A DNA stretch of 64,000 nucleotides, from the NCBI RefSeq assembly GCF_009914755.1, contig NC_060938.1; one strand, written 5' to 3'. A program made the translations under genes and the position numbers. Source of the stretch: the human T2T-CHM13v2.0 reference genome, Homo sapiens. The notes under the pieces were generated by a model. That model searched no databases. It saw only the letters and a list, made by a program, of their open reading frames with translations, and was not told the DNA's origin. Every line of letters starts with the position of its first letter. Position 1 is the first letter of the stretch. Below, piece by piece: positions 32,500 through 47,639 of the stretch.

Positions 32500-34480
32500 T
32501 GTACTTGTATCTGCTGAGCAGCCCAGAAGAGAACCACAAAACCTCCCAGACTAATGCACCATAAATTGAAGGCCTCCTAACTCAACTTGACCTTCTCAAT
32601 ACAGCCCAATCCTTCTGTACATCCTGATCAGCTGCATTTTCCATTATCTGCTGTAGCTTTCTCAAAGCATCTTGTCTCTTTTCACACCTCAGTCATCACT
32701 TTTTCACCTCCCAGTCTCAGAAGATCACTCGTAGAAAACAGGTCATGATGTCAATTCTTAGACTTCCTGCCATTGCTCTCTCTTCCTTTTCTTCTTTCTT
32801 CCAAACAAATAGAAAGCAATTTCTCTCACCATCCCTCCATCACTGATCTGGATCCTATTCATTTGGGCCTCTGGAGACCTCATTTTGCTGACTGTCCCCT
32901 CATTTCTCACTTTGACATTTAACATGCTTTAAAAATGCTTTCTTAACTTGTTATTTCCCTCAAGATTTGGCTCTGTCTCTCCTATCTCTTCATGGTCAAT
33001 CTTCTGAGAAGTCTGTGATAGGTGTCTCCACTTTCTTGCCTCCTATTCACTCCTTAACCCCCAACAAATTGGCCTCCTTTCAACTGTTTTCCTGAAGTTG
33101 CCTCCCCAAAGGTAATTTTTAAATTGCGAAATCCAGTGAGGCAATTTCATTGCTAATCTACTTTACCCACCTATGACGTTTGAGCCTATTACTAATCCTT
33201 TCTTCTTGAAACATTCTCCTACCTTAGACTGACTTGTTTTGAATACTGATGCTGTAATCTCAGCATGCATTTTCATTAACCTATCTGTGCCTCAGGGTTT
33301 TTTTTCTGTAAAAAAAATTAATAATGCCTACCACATATGGTTGATGTAAGAATTAAATGAGATAGTACAGGTGGAGAATCTTGCATCCAGCTTTCTGAAA
33401 TAGAAAACTCTGATATCCTACGGGTTTTTTTCATAAATTTTTTACAAACTCATTTGCCAATAAAACCTGACCTGAACTGTTAGGTGGCTATTTGTACTCT
33501 TTTTTTTATCCCATCTGCTGTGGATATTGACCATGTCTTGCTGCACAGATATTCATGTGTTTGAAAACAGAGATTGCTGCCCCTAACCCCAGTGAGACAG
33601 ATACAAATACATAGAAATCCACAAATATCTGAATTCCAAAACACAGATCTTTTTCCTGCAACTGTAGATACCCATACCCATGGACTGACTGGCAATTCCA
33701 CGGGAATCTCTAACATATTCAAAACAAATGAATCATCTTGCAGCCTGCCCAAACTCTCTCCCCCTCCAGTGTTTCTTATCTCAGGAGCTACCTCTATCCA
33801 CCCAGTTATCCAAGTTAGTAACATCAACACTTCTCTACCCCCGACTCCACATCCAGTCCTATTCATTCAACCTCCCAGATATCTCTTTAAACTATCCACC
33901 TCTCACTCTCTCTGTTGGCTCTGCTCCAGGTCAGGCCCCGTCATTTTTTACTTGGATTTCCACATCAGCCTTCCAACTGGTCTCCCTTCTTCCTGTGTTT
34001 TCCGGCCATACATAGTCCTCTCTATTTTCTTCTCCAAGCTCCACCACAGTTCATTTTTCCCCCTGCACTATAGCTAAAGTGATCTTTCTAATGCATAAAT
34101 CTGTTATGTCATTTCCCTGTGTAAACACTTCTAAGTCTCTTTGCCCCCAGGTGAAAGCTCAAAGCCCTTACCTGGCCTTTTTATATCCTTCCCTATCTGA
34201 CTCCTGCTTATCTATCCAGGATCAACTCTCATCATTCCCCATTCCAACCCTCCACCTTCATACTTCCTCCCTCCCTATGTCCCTTTGTATTCCTTGTGCT
34301 TACTATGCTGTCTCTTTCTTCCTCCACCAATGTCCTGCATCACTAGCCACTAGCCACCTTACTTCAGACACTATATGAGATGTCATTGCCTTCAAGAGGC
34401 CTTCTTTGACTCTCCATGACCTGGTAAACAGCCCTTCCTTCCTGTAAGTTCTTCTAATACCACTCTATGCTTCCTCTGTT
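32500..34480 (+). mobile_element. L2 remnant with nested MIR (~33270-33370) and a Tigger-type MITE (~33370-33665)
   Basis: Pyrimidine-rich L2 body. MIR core CTGTGCCTCAG...CTGTAAAA. MITE-like AAAACCTGACCTGAACTG...CTGAATTCCAAAACAC. Confidence 0.6.
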
Positions 34481-35214
34481 GCAACATTGTACCTCACTCT
34501 TTGCATCTCAATGTTGTTAAGACAAAAATAATAATAATAAAAAAGAAAAGATTGCAAATACAGTTGAAATCTTATGTATCTCTTCACCAGAACTGCCACT
34601 AGTGCTTTTGGCATCTTCGTGAGAATTAGGAAAAGAAGTCCCTTCTGGCCAGTCATAGGGCCAAGTCACAGCACACCGATTGATGAGATATTTGTGGGCT
34701 GGATTTCAGCCTCTATTTTTTCCCTTAATGGGTGTGCTTGGTGGGAAGAAGGAGGGAGCTTTCTAGCTGACAGAACTAGAAAAAAGGAAAATCATAATGA
34801 TAAGAAAGCTTGTGATATGTGACTAACAGTAGACAAAATGAACCTTTAAATGGAAGATAGAATTGGAGGCAGTTAGGGGCTCATCAGGCCAACTTAAGGG
34901 GTTTGGACTTTATTCTGTAGGCAATGAAAGACATATTTTGAGTAAATATGTGACATGGTATTTGAGGAGAAAAAATCAGTTTCTGATTGAAGATGCTTTA
35001 GGGAGAGAAAAGTCCAGGATTGAAAAAACTACTTAAGAGACCCCTATATACAAGAAGCTGATATTTTTGAAATATTAAATTATTCCCAAGCCCCATATTT
35101 ACTGTCACCCTCTTGCTTTCATTGTATCATCATTCCTCACCACAGCTCACCTCTTCCTGGCTTTTGAATTTCAAGTCTAAGCATTAGAACAGAAATACAA
35201 TGAGAAAAGTGTTA

Positions 35215-35520
35215 TAATAAAGGCTCTATACATTCTTACCCGGTGTTAGTCACTGTTCTAAATACTTTACACGAATGGTCTCATTTAATCTCATTTAATT
35301 TTAATAGAGCAAAATTGAATTTAATTCAATTCAACAAATATTTATTATGCATCTATACACCAGGCACCATAGTAGGTATTTACATTATCCTCATTGAACC
35401 AAAAAGAAACTGAGAAACAGAGAAGTTCAGTAACTGGCACAAGGTCACAAAGGTAGTATGTGATGGAGTCAGGATTATGTCCTCAGGTACTCTGTCTTCA
35501 AAGCCCAAATGCTTAGCCAT
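35215..35520 (-). mobile_element. MIR/L2 fragments
   Basis: TCAACAAATATTTATT (L2 end, reverse) and GAAACTGAGAAACAGAGAAGTTCAGTAACTGGCACAAGGTCAC (MIR, reverse). Confidence 0.7.
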
Positions 35521-35834
35521 CTATTTCACCATTGCACTACACTGTCACCCAAAAGATTTTGAAAATATCTAAGAACCAGCTGTCTCATATGCTCCACATC
35601 CACCCTAAATGAGAAAAAAATTCCCCTGTGCTAAGGGAAGGAAGACAAGTTGGAGAAGAAGAGTAAGGAGGACCTTCTCCTGCCACAATGCAGGGAGAGC
35701 TGTGGATCTCCAAGGAAAATAACACAAACCTCAGATGTAAATTTGGAGACACAAATATTTAAACCATAGCAACATTGTGAAAAATAAAAATTTTAGGAAA
35801 TATTCTTCTAATATTAAAAAACTACTATCAAATG

Positions 35835-36097
35835 ACACATAATTACAATTAGATAAGAGAAATAAACTTCAAGGGATCTCATTGTACAGCAATGTGACTA
35901 TAGTTAATGGTGATATATTGTAGTCTTGAAAAATGTAAAGTGAATGGATGTTAAGTGTTCTTACCACAGAAATGACAACTATGTGAGGTAATGCACTTGT
36001 TAATTAGCCAGATTTAATCATCCCACAATGTATATGTACTTCAAAACATGTTGTACACCACAAAAATATACAATGTTAGCTGTCATTTTAAAAAAGA
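35835..36097 (+). mobile_element. L1MA 3' UTR fragment
   Basis: GGGATCTCATTGTACAGCAATGTGACTATAGTTAAT...CCACAATGTATATGTACTTCAAAACATG. Confidence 0.8.
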
Positions 36098-36849
36098 TTT
36101 TTTAACTATCAAATTTAACAAAGAAGTCACACACAACATTGACAAATGTATAAATTTTTAGAATATATCTTCATTGTTCCATTTTCATCATTAAGATAAA
36201 GGAAAATACCAACCAATGTTCCTGTTGGAACTACCTTATCATCAATTGTAACCATAGGTTGGCTACAGATGCAAGAGTGAGGCAAAAACCGGTGAAAGTA
36301 TCCTGTGAGAATGAGTAGGTCACATGGAATTTGCAAAAAGAGAGATGACTATTTTAATAGTATTTGAAAATTATGTGCTACATATCCTTTTATCAGTAGA
36401 ATTTATAATAAATTTAAATATGTATATATGTGTGTGTATGTATATATATATGCGTACATATATATATATACATGCATGTTTTTCTCTTGAGAGCCACCTG
36501 TTAAACCTTTACCCTCACGTCACTGTGCAATTTGCCACTTCAAAGTTTAGCAATCCCAGTGCAAAGATAAATTTCTCTCTCCCTAACATCCAAATATCAG
36601 TCCAGAGGAAGCCCTTGATTTGCCCTACCAGGATCACATGTCTACATGCTAGTATCTGCACCAAGAATGGGTGCGGAGGGGCTGTATTACTGTAACTGAC
36701 CAAGCCTGGCATATGCTCTATCCTGGCTGCTGAGCAATGCAGCATTTGGTAGTCTCACTAACTATGGAGATAGACACAGTTCTCTAGAAGGAATAATGTT
36801 GCAGAGCAAACAAAAACAATACACACTCATTATAGTAGGTCCTCAATAA

Positions 36850-37149
<300 letters not shown>

Positions 37150-38329
37150 TAGTAGTACATGTGACATTTTAAGATTTAAAAATCCCCAACTCATTTAAAT
37201 GTTCTCCTTTCTCCAAGGCCTCTATAGGGTTCTGACCATTAGCTGTTCATGCATTGCTTCTTTCTCTTAACTAGCACTTCCTAAGTCCCTAATCTGTTCA
37301 AGGAACTGGGCTAGGTGCTGTGGATCTGCTTCAGTTTACTCTATATTTGATAAGTGGCAATCTAGCCTGATCACAAGCCCATCTGTTGTGTCACAAACAT
37401 CCTGTCCTGAATATGCTACCACTTCTTAAAAAAACAGCTTATGCTACCTCAGCTTCAGTAGACTAATTGAACCAAACATGTTCAAAGAAGCAAACTCTAA
37501 GAATAAATCCCCAAATGTCAACGCTGTCTAGGAGGAATGAAGAAACATATGGGATCCCAGGCATTCTTCAAATTGTGCATGCCAAAGTGTTGGAGGGGCT
37601 GGGCTCCAACAGCAGTTTTATGCCTTCCAGAAAAGTTGTGTGGTCATGTAGTTCTAATTGTAACCTTGAAAACAAATAAATAGGGCATTTAAACAGTCGT
37701 TGCAAATAAGATTCTTATCACAAAGGGCCATTCTGTTGCATTCTATTTGTAGTATAAAGCACTGTTACATACAGCTTTAAAATTGGTCAAAAAAGTCCTC
37801 TATTGTAAGAACATCCTCTGCATGTGAATTTAATGAATGCTGTTCACCCTCTATACCATCTTTGGAGAAATCAGGTCAGCATCTTCTCTGGTTATGACTA
37901 TAGGGTTCTTTGGGGAAAAAAAGAAAAAAAAAAAAAAAAAAAAACCATGGCATGCATCTCACTTACTTCCAAAAGTGAACAAATGGCTCTTATGCCAGAA
38001 AGAAATAGATCAAAGTGGCTCAGATGTGTAAACCAGAAGCAGTTAAAAGAGTTTTGGTTTAAAGGATATGTATGGACCAAAAAGAAAACAAAAACTTAAG
38101 AAGTGAAAGGAGACAGCTCAGCTCACATCAAGAGAGAAAGAACAGTCTAAAATAGTCCAGAGGACTCTATAGACACAGGCCAGAACCTGCACCATTGGCG
38201 GATGAGATAGGAGAAAGAAACTAGGAATAGGGCTGGAGCTGGCAGGTGGGAGGCTTGAGTGACAGCTCTGTGCTAGGCTCTGCTTTAGGTATGGGTCAAA
38301 GGCAATCACCAAGACTCACTTTTCAAGAC

Positions 38330-38465
38330 AGGTATTATTTGCCATCGCATTACAGATGAGAAAGCCAAGACTCAAAGAAGTCCATAACTTGCCCAAGGTC
38401 ACACAGCTGATAAGTGGCAGAACCAAAATTCAAATTCAGGCCTGTTTAGCTCCAAAGCCCTCTTC
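38330..38465 (-). mobile_element. MIR
   Basis: ATTACAGATGAGAAAGCCAAGACTCA...AACTTGCCCAAGGTCACACAGCT. Confidence 0.85.
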
Positions 38466-39094
38466 CTATAGGCCAGCCCAGTGAAACTGGACAGCAAGCA
38501 TCCAAATCCCAACATCCAAAGAGATAGTGGTGAACTTGACTATAATGTCGGCTGTCACTCATACCCGGAGGTGGAGCATGGCAAAAAGCTTAGAAGGTGG
38601 CAATATTTTCAGCCAGGTGGGTGGAACAGGTAGGGAAGGGTGGAAAGCTAAATAGAGGAGAACAATCTGTCTGATTAAAGGCAACATCTCAGCCAATGGC
38701 TAGGGATGGAATCAGGAACAAATCAGGCTTCAGCAAGAGGGGCTGGTATGGCTGTAGTCACGAAACCACAAGTCCTAGCCTCCAACTTGAGTTCAAACCT
38801 AAACTAGGGGCAGAGGCCCCATCATATGGAACAGAAGGTCACAGAAGGGGGAGATGCGAGAGAAAGGGGCAGGGTCTTGGGATGAAAGTTACAGTTCAGT
38901 AGGTTGCAAGCCCCTTAGCAACTCATCCCAGAGTAACTGGACCTTAGGCTTAACGCAAGACCACACCTGGCAGGGACATACATACTTAGGTACTAAGATG
39001 CCTCAGCCTCTGAGTGGGTTAAGCCTGCAGGTTTAAAGGTCTTCAGCACTGGGATCCAAGCATGGCTGTGCAAGAAAGCCACAGAAACAACAAA

Positions 39095-41330
39095 ATCATC
39101 AGATTATTTGTTGAGAGCCTACTCTGTGCCTGGTTCTGTGCTGCAGTCCAGGGATGCATTGGTGAATAAGACAGACACAGCCCTGCCCTCATGGAGCCTA
39201 CCTTCTAGTAGAGGAGACAGACAAAGAACAAGAAACCAACAAATAAGTAAAATATTTGCAAGTCAAAAAAGTTCTAATAAAGGAAAAAACAAGAGGCAGA
39301 AATAAAAGAAAAAAGTAAGTGGGTAGATGGGTACATACAGGTGATCCTTAATCATCATGGATTTGAACTGTAGGGATCCACTTGTACACAGATTTTTTTC
39401 AATAGATGTCTTGGAAAATGTTTTGAAGATTCACATTTCAAAAAAAAATCTTTCAAATGAACCACATAGCCTAGAAATATCAAAACCAAGAAAAGTTACA
39501 TATGTCATAAATGCATAAAATATATGGAGATGCTAGCCTATTTTATCATTTACCACCATAAAATATACATAAATCTACCATAAGAAGTTAAAATTTATCA
39601 AAATTTACACACGCAAACACTTACAGGCCTTACATGGTGCCATTCACAGTCAAGAGAAATGTAAACAAATGTAAAGATGCAATATTAAATCATAACTGCA
39701 TAAAATTAACTGTAGTACATACTGATGACTGTAATCATTTCTTAGCCACCTCCTGTTGCTATTTAAAATGCCATGTGACGCTAATCATCTCCACGTAAGC
39801 AGTTCCTCTCTCCAGTAAATTGCAGATCTCAGTGAAAAGTGATCTCATGGTTCTCACATATCTTTCATCATATTTGATTCAATACCATAAACCTTGATAA
39901 CAAGAAAACCCACACAAAGTGCCACTAGTGGTGCTGGAAGTGCTCCCAATAAGCAGAGAAAAGTCATGATATTACAAGAAAAAGTCAAATTGCTTGATAT
40001 ATACTGTAGATTGAGGTCTGCAGCTGCGATAACCCACCATTTCAGATAGCCATTCCTCTTGTAAACAGATGGCTTAAACTTATGTCATTGATAAATACAG
40101 TACAGTACTGTCAATGTATTTTTTTCTTACCTTATGATTTTTCTTTATCACATTTTCTTTAGTGTAAGAATACAGTATATAATGCATACAACATACAAAA
40201 TATGTGTTAATCAACTGCCTATGTTATCTGTATGGCTTCCAGTCAACAGTAGACTGTTGGTAATTAAATTATTGGGGGTTCAAAAGTTATACAGGTGTCA
40301 GCACCACTAACCCCCATGCTGTTCAAGGGTCAACTATACTTTAAATGTTCAGTGAAAATCTCTCTGTATACAGCACATTTACGTTGCAAACTAGGGGAAG
40401 GAAAGAAGTTAAGCCCAAAAGAAATAGAAGGAATGGCAGGCCAGGCAGAGGAAGCAGCATGACTGTGTAACTGACCTTAGGTGGAAAAAAGTTGGGGATG
40501 TTCAAGAAACTGTAAGAAAGGGGCACTGGAGCAGAGGGAGTAAGACAGAGAGAGCTGCAAAGAGATGCTGGGAGGCAAATAAATGCCATAGCATTCAGGG
40601 TTTGTAGACCAAAGCAAGGAATTAAAACTTTCCCTTGAAGTCAAAGTAAAAGGGGAACCACTGAGATATTTTAAGGTAGCCTATAGGCATGATCATTAAT
40701 GGGGGGCCTCATCGTCTTCTTTATTAGTAAGCAATTGATCCAAACAATTACATTACAAATGGGTATTATTATTAAACATAAAGAGTAAATTTTATTATTA
40801 GCAATGCATTAACTTTTCATTTTTGTAGCTTCAAGTGCCAAGAAACCTTGTTCACATAAATAACAAGATATGAATGAAAGAAATTTTGTTATAACAGTAT
40901 CAGTCCATCTTTGTATGACATGATCACCTCTGCAGCTGTGTGGCAGAAGTCCAGAGGAAAGAGTGGGAGAAAGTGAGAAGGCTGTTACCATCCTATAGGC
41001 AAGGAACAAAACAGACAGTGGAAACAGATAGAAGATGGCAGGTCAGAGATACATTTTGAAGATAAAATCAGCATGGACTCACCGATGGAATGGGTGTAGA
41101 AAGTGAGGATATGGGAGGAGGCAGGGATAGCTCTTCCCTTCTTGCCTGCAGCAACTGGAAGAACAGTGGTGCTGTTGACTGAGATGGGGAAGACCAGTTG
41201 GCAAAAGATGTGTTTCAAAAGAGAGCTGCGTTTTGGACATTTTGAATTTGATATGCCAAGTAGAGGCATCAAGCAGGCAATTTGATGGTTGAGTCTGGAG
41301 CTCACAGGAAAGGTTGTGGATCCCGGGAGC
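39095..41330 (-). mobile_element. L2 remnants (reverse) flanking the Tigger2 insertion
   Basis: TATTTGTTGAGAGCCTACTCTGTGCCTGG at 39105 and TTTTGGACATTTTGAATTTGATATGCC at 41230. Confidence 0.7.
39338..40336 (+). mobile_element. Tigger2-derived (Tigger2b-like) TcMar DNA transposon, internally deleted
   Basis: TA-flanked TIRs CAGGTGATCCTTAA... and ...TTCAAGGGTCAACTA. Transposase N-terminal remnant around 39920-40045. Confidence 0.85.
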
Positions 41331-41595
41331 AGAAGATGTCCCAACCAACAGAACTCTGCAAGGATTTCGTCTTTGGGCATCTGCATTACCTCCATGTCCA
41401 CATTACCTTTTCTACAATTTCCCAAATATGTTAAAATGTGCTGTTTAATAGCTGTCTTGTCTTCAGTAAAGAGATTAGAAGTAGAAAGAGATAATAATGA
41501 GACAAGAGCTACAACAAAGAGTCCAAATGCTCACAGCACTATTTATATTAGGAAAACATGAGGAGCAACCCAACTATCCATTAGTACAGACTAGA

Positions 41596-41646
41596 CTAAA
41601 TAGTCTCTACTCATAGGCTAAATAGCCTCTACTCATAGGCTAAATA
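41596..41646 (+). repeat. 22-bp tandem duplication within an old L1M 3' fragment (~41500-42060)
   Basis: CTAAATAG(T/C)CTCTACTCATAGG x2.3. Confidence 0.9.
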
Positions 41647-42342
41647 TTGCACATTCCTTAAATGAAATCTAGTTCAGCCACCTTGGAATTGCTACTATAT
41701 ATCTACATTTATTTTATTTTCTATTATGAAAAGATATCCACAATATATTATGCAGGGGGAAAAATCATATTATAAAAACAACATATGCTGTATAAATCAT
41801 GCCTTTTTTCATTAGAGAGAAATTGATAACCATATTGATATGGCCCCCAAATATGCTTCCCTTAGGTATATTTTTCCCTGAGCAAAATGTATACACCAAA
41901 ATTTGAATCATTGTTGCTTTGGGTGGGGAACTTCTGGGTGAGTTTTACTTTCTTGTTCACACTTTAATGCGTTACCAGATAATTTTTACAATGAGCACAC
42001 ATTTCTATGCATGTATGCTTTTACCTCTGCTTTTATAATCAGAATGAGCCAAAAAAAAAAGAAAAAAGCCATTTTCACTTAGGAAGAACTAGACAAACAA
42101 CAGTCTAGAAACTTTAGGTGGTAGCCGGAAAGAGCCAGGCTGGCAGCCAGCTGCTCTGCCACTGCCGTGATCAAAACACAGTTTGTGTTTATTCAGTTAA
42201 ATTCAACAAACATTTCCCATACACCTACTCTGGGCCAGGCTCTGCTTAGATGATGAGGAAGCATAGATGAATCCAATCTTAGTCCTAGGCCTCTATAAAC
42301 TCACAAGGAAATAACCTGGCTTTAAACACAGTTATAGAAGAT

Positions 42343-43050
42343 TGTATTCGTTTGCTGAGCTGCCATAGCAAAATACCACAGACTGGGTGGCTTAAACAAC
42401 AAAAATGTATTCCCTCATAGCTGGAAGCTGGAAGTCCAAGATCAAGGTCTCAGCAGGGTTTGTTTCTTCCGAGCCCTCTGTCCTTGTCTTGCAGATGGCC
42501 ACTTTGTCTTGTGGCTTCTCATGGCCTTTACTCTATACATGTCTATGTCCTAATCTCCTCTTTTTAGGAGGGCATCAGTCAGACAGGATTAGAGCCTGAT
42601 ATGGTTTGGCTGTGTCCCCACCCAAATCTCATCTTGAATTCCCATGTATTTTGGGAGGGACCTGATGGGAGGTAATTGAATCATGGGGCAGGTCTTTCTC
42701 ATGCTGTTCTCATGACAGTGAATAAGTCTCACGAAATCTGATGGTTTTGAAAAACAGGAGTCTCCCTGCACAAGCTCTCTCTTCGCCTGCTGCCATCCAT
42801 GTAAAATGTGACTTGCTCCTCCTTGCCTTCCACCATGATTGTGAGGCTTCCCCAACCACATGGAACTGTAAGTCCAATTAAACCTCTTTCTTTTGTAAAT
42901 TGCCCAGTCTTTGGTATGTCTTTGTCAGCGGTGTGAAAACAAACTAATACAGGGCACACACTGAGAATGTCATTTTAAGTTAATTACCTCCTTAAAGGCC
43001 CTGTTTCAACATGCAAATTTCGTGGAGGACACAATTCAAATTATAACAAA
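42343..43050 (-). mobile_element. MLT1 (MaLR) LTR split by THE1
   Basis: AAATACCACAGACTGGGTGGCTTAAACAAC...GTCCAAGATCAAGGT; resumes at 42952 (TAATTACCTCCTTAAAGGCCCTGT). Confidence 0.85.
42597..42951 (+). mobile_element. THE1 solo LTR
   Basis: TGATATGGTTTGGCTGTGTCCCCACCCAAATCTCATCTTGAATT ... AAACTAATACA. Confidence 0.95.
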
Positions 43051-43446
43051 TATCCACATACTTAGATCTTCAGTGATAATATTCCTATTTATTTTGTGAT
43101 TTACTACTGATGTCTCTTAAATTTTCTTTGTAAAATCAGAGATATTCAAAAGTAACTTACAATTAATTAAAAAAGCATATAAATAAAGACAATTACTGTC
43201 ATCTTGTAAAATGATTAGGTGCAATATGACAATTTCATTTTTATGATTTACATTCAAGATAGGAAAAAATTGAGCAAAGTGCAGTGACGAAATGAATTTT
43301 TTTCATTCAGGTAACTAGGCAATTTAGAAAAGGAGCACTTAGAATGAAATTTCTAGGGAATGATTTCATATTTATTAACATAATAGAGCTTAGTAATCTA
43401 TCAGTAACTCTTCACATAACCTTGTCGTATGTGTAACAAGGTGAAT

Positions 43447-43540
43447 CAGGAGGCTGCAGTGAGTTATGATGGTACCACTGCACTCTGGCCTGGTTGAAAG
43501 AGCAAGACCCTGTCTCTAAAATAAATAATAAAATAAAATG
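43447..43540 (+). mobile_element. Alu 3' fragment (AluJ/FLAM-like)
   Basis: GAGGCTGCAGTGAGTTATGAT...AGCAAGACCCTGTCTCTAAAATAAA. Confidence 0.8.
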
Positions 43541-43986
43541 TAAAAAGGTTAATTAGGCTTGAATAAAATCAGGGTTAAAGTGCTGAACCACCCACAAGAT
43601 TTAAAGAATATTTTTCTATATCTCATGTTTGTAAAATCCACTCACTTTGTTCAGGAATGCTCAAAATCCATTCTGTTTTAAACTATATTCTGTATGTGAG
43701 GAAACAGAAAGCACCTCCTAACTGGAGAAAAGGGTGCTTTCCAAGGGACTTCATTGACCAAAAATCCAACACAAAGTAGCTGCCCATGGTCACAAAAATT
43801 AAATGGAAAAAAAGACTATTTTAAATTGAAAGCAAGCTCATTTCTTCTCAGCAATATTCAGGATAATGCTAGCAACATATCCTCCTTAGCAGACATGAAA
43901 AAACAAAAAAACCTCCTCACACACCCTCTGCATTCTCTTTTGTCTAAGATTCTACTTGAAAAACTAGAAGAGAGCTAGCAGAGCTG

Positions 43987-43987
<1 letters not shown>

Positions 43988-44033
<46 letters not shown>
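43988..44033 (+). repeat. (CA)23 microsatellite
   Basis: Uninterrupted CA run. Confidence 0.97.
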
Positions 44034-44037
<4 letters not shown>

Positions 44038-44068
44038 AGCAGAGCATCCAAAAAAAAAAAAAAATAGT

Positions 44069-44375
44069 GGCCAGGCGCAGTGGCTCAGGCTTGTAATCCC
44101 AGCACTTTGGGAGGCCGAGGTGGGTGGATCACAAGGTCAGGAGTTCAAGACCAGCCTGGCCAAGATGGTGAAACCCTGTCTCTACTAAAAATACAAAAAT
44201 TAGCCACGCATTGTGGCAGGTGTGCCTGTAATCCCAGCTACTCGGGAGGCTGAGGCAGAGAATTGCTTGAACCCTGTGGGGCGGAGGTTGCAGTGAGCCG
44301 AGATCATGCTACTGCACTTCAGCCTGGGTGACAGAGTGAGACTCTGTCCACCTCCCCCCCACCGACCAAAAAAAG
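44069..44375 (+). mobile_element. AluS with C-rich, interrupted tail
   Basis: Full dimer; tail reads CACCTCCCCCCCACCGACCAAAAAAAG. Confidence 0.95.
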
Positions 44376-44419
44376 CAACATTTATCATCACAGTGCCAGG
44401 TATAGAGTAGACAGTCAAC

Positions 44420-44920
44420 AGATGTATAGTGGATGATTGTTTGCTCCTTCTTTGAAATGTGTTTCCCTGTTAGCTCTTGTCCTTTCTCAACTGTACCCAA
44501 AGTTCTTTTGGCAACATCCATCTCCCAATTTCAGCCAAATGGCATAGATTGCCTTATCCTGGCTACACCAGGAGAGGGTGTCTATTTGGACCAAAGTCAA
44601 TCAGCATTTCCTATCCACTTTGTCAACCATGTTTGGTTTAAAGATGAGCACACCACTTCAAACTAAAGAAAAGTGCAAAGATTTTATTGAACATTCTTGG
44701 GAAGGAGAAGCTTTCTCTCTCTCTTCTGGTTGATGGATTATGAAGTCTAGAATTAAAGCAGCCATTTAGTTGTCTAAAAAGATGAACCTAATGGATCAAT
44801 AGATGTAGCTTCACATCCTTGGCATCTAGATATTGTTAGAGTGACTTATTGTTCTCTCGATTGCTTAAACTATTGGAATTATGTTTTCTGTCACTTGCAA
44901 CCAAAAAAATTATAACTAGT
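44420..44920 (+). mobile_element. Old MLT1-type LTR
   Basis: Ends TTTTCTGTCACTTGCAACCAAAA. Confidence 0.55.
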
Positions 44921-45939
44921 TGCAGTAAAAAATTGAATGAAAAAAGTGATAAACCAGGCATCCAACCACAGCACATGGATAAGGAAACATTGCTATAGAT
45001 ACATTCCATATGCAAACACTATGAGCAAAGTTGTAATGTGTCACATAACAACAAAGGGAAAAATTACTACCCATTCCCTACAAAAGATAAAATTAGGGAA
45101 AATCTGTCCAGAAGTTTTGATTCCTATCTCTTCTCTTGAATGGTCAATTTTCAAGCAACATGTGGATGATTCGCTTTATAAATTCACAGTAGAAAAGATC
45201 CAATTCCAGGAAAACTTTGTTATCCTTTCTCATCCCATGATCTGATTTGCTGTATTTGATTATTTTTATAAAATTGAGCACATATTTTGTAAATCTTGGG
45301 AATGGAACTACTTTATCTAGAAGAAAAATAAGTTATGCATTAAGGACTTTATATATGTAATCTCATCAAGCTGCATAATAACTCTGTGGGGAAGATTATA
45401 AAGTCTTCACTTTATAAGTGACAAAATAAAAGGAGCTTCAGAAAGGTTATGTAGATTGTGTAAGGTTACACAGAAATTAAATTGTAGAGTTGAGATTTCA
45501 GCCCAGGTCTAAGTACTAGAGCTGTGCTTTTGAGTTATTCATTAATTTATTCAATAATTTTGGCATGCCACTGTGATAACTGATGGAAATGCAAAAGAGA
45601 ATTATTGAAAAGTTCTCCCCACAAAGAGTTTATAGGCTTGGGGAGAAGAAATAAATAAATATGTATGTATGTATAATATATGTATATATGTATAATATAT
45701 AATATACATATAATATATAATATATATGTGCATGTTTATATATGTGTGTGTGTGTGTGTGTGCAGTTGAATCACCACAATACACAAAAAATGTTTTTACA
45801 GAGCAATGAACCAAGTTGGATGGAAACATAGAAGATAAAGCCCGGGAGTAAAAGAAAGGCTTCATAAAGCGGAATGATACTGAGAATCAAAAAATGATTA
45901 AGGAGAGATGAAAGAAATATCAAAGAAGAAGCCACAACA

Positions 45940-46534
<595 letters not shown>

Positions 46535-47639
46535 CTAGCCTGGAAGGCGCTGGACACCAAGGATTTGGATAAGGGTGTGGGCAAGGAAGGAGAGAAATCG
46601 AAAATTAAATTGGAGAGGCCCACTACATAATAGAGTGGGAAAGGAAATACTGATATTAATATACATTTTGCCTCTTTTTAAGTAGGTTTGGGCCTAAACT
46701 GGAGACATTTTTAAGCTGTATTATCACTTTTGCTGTAGTTGTTTAAGAGGAATCATGACAATGAGATAGCAACCAAACAAATAACCATGTTCTCATTAGA
46801 AACTTTAGTGCTACGGAAGACACCAGGCTTTCTGCTCTACGATCTATGCTACAGTGGCATATTGCCAAGGAGAAGAGAACGTACTGCTGTTTGCAAAGGA
46901 GAAGAGAGAGCAAACGATCATACTGTATATACCTTATTTAAAACTTGGAAAGCAAACTGCATGGTTTTGGAAAACACCGTTGAAGCTGAAAGTTTTCAGG
47001 AATATTCAGCAATTACTGGAAATTTTCAAATACAAGGGTTTCTGCCAACCATAAAAGTGTCTACCTCTGATGTATTAGGTGGCAGAATAATGATTCATTT
47101 AATTTAATGGCAGTAGAAATAGCCAGGTGTTAATCCACCCATGCAGGCACAGCTTTAAATATATACATATATAACAGTTGCAGGGTAGAAAGAACTAGCA
47201 CAGTGCTTCCTGTGTTTTGCCGCCGCTTACATAGTGAATCTCTTCTCTTTAGTATGCTAAGCTCAATGATGCACTTTCCTAATATATACAGTGACAATAG
47301 TGAATTTACAGAAAATAAAATTATTATTCACTCTGCTTGCTGCCTCCACTGTTGAAAGATAGTATTGTAATTTCAGCCACCAATATTTAACAGTGTTTAT
47401 CTTGGTGAGATTTAAATTTTCAGACATAGTGAAAGTAAGTTATGTGACTAATAAATGTCACTTGTGCATATTTTAAAATTAAGACAATGTAGTTTTGGAA
47501 AGTAATTATATGAGAAAACCTTAGCTCAAGAAATAAGTCAAAACTAATGTTCAATATTTTTGGAATATGAATTTCCTGCAGTAGTCTCCAGTTAACCCTT
47601 TAACAACATGGTGGGTTTTTTCTTTTGAGCTTTCATTTG

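Noticed and set aside
33480-34378. ORFs of 128-167 aa
   Set aside because: Lie in L2/MITE remnants, mostly non-ATG starts, no domain.
46739-47107. 122-aa ORF in apparently unique sequence
   Set aside because: TTG start, no recognisable homology or promoter. The region may be regulatory, but I cannot support that from sequence.
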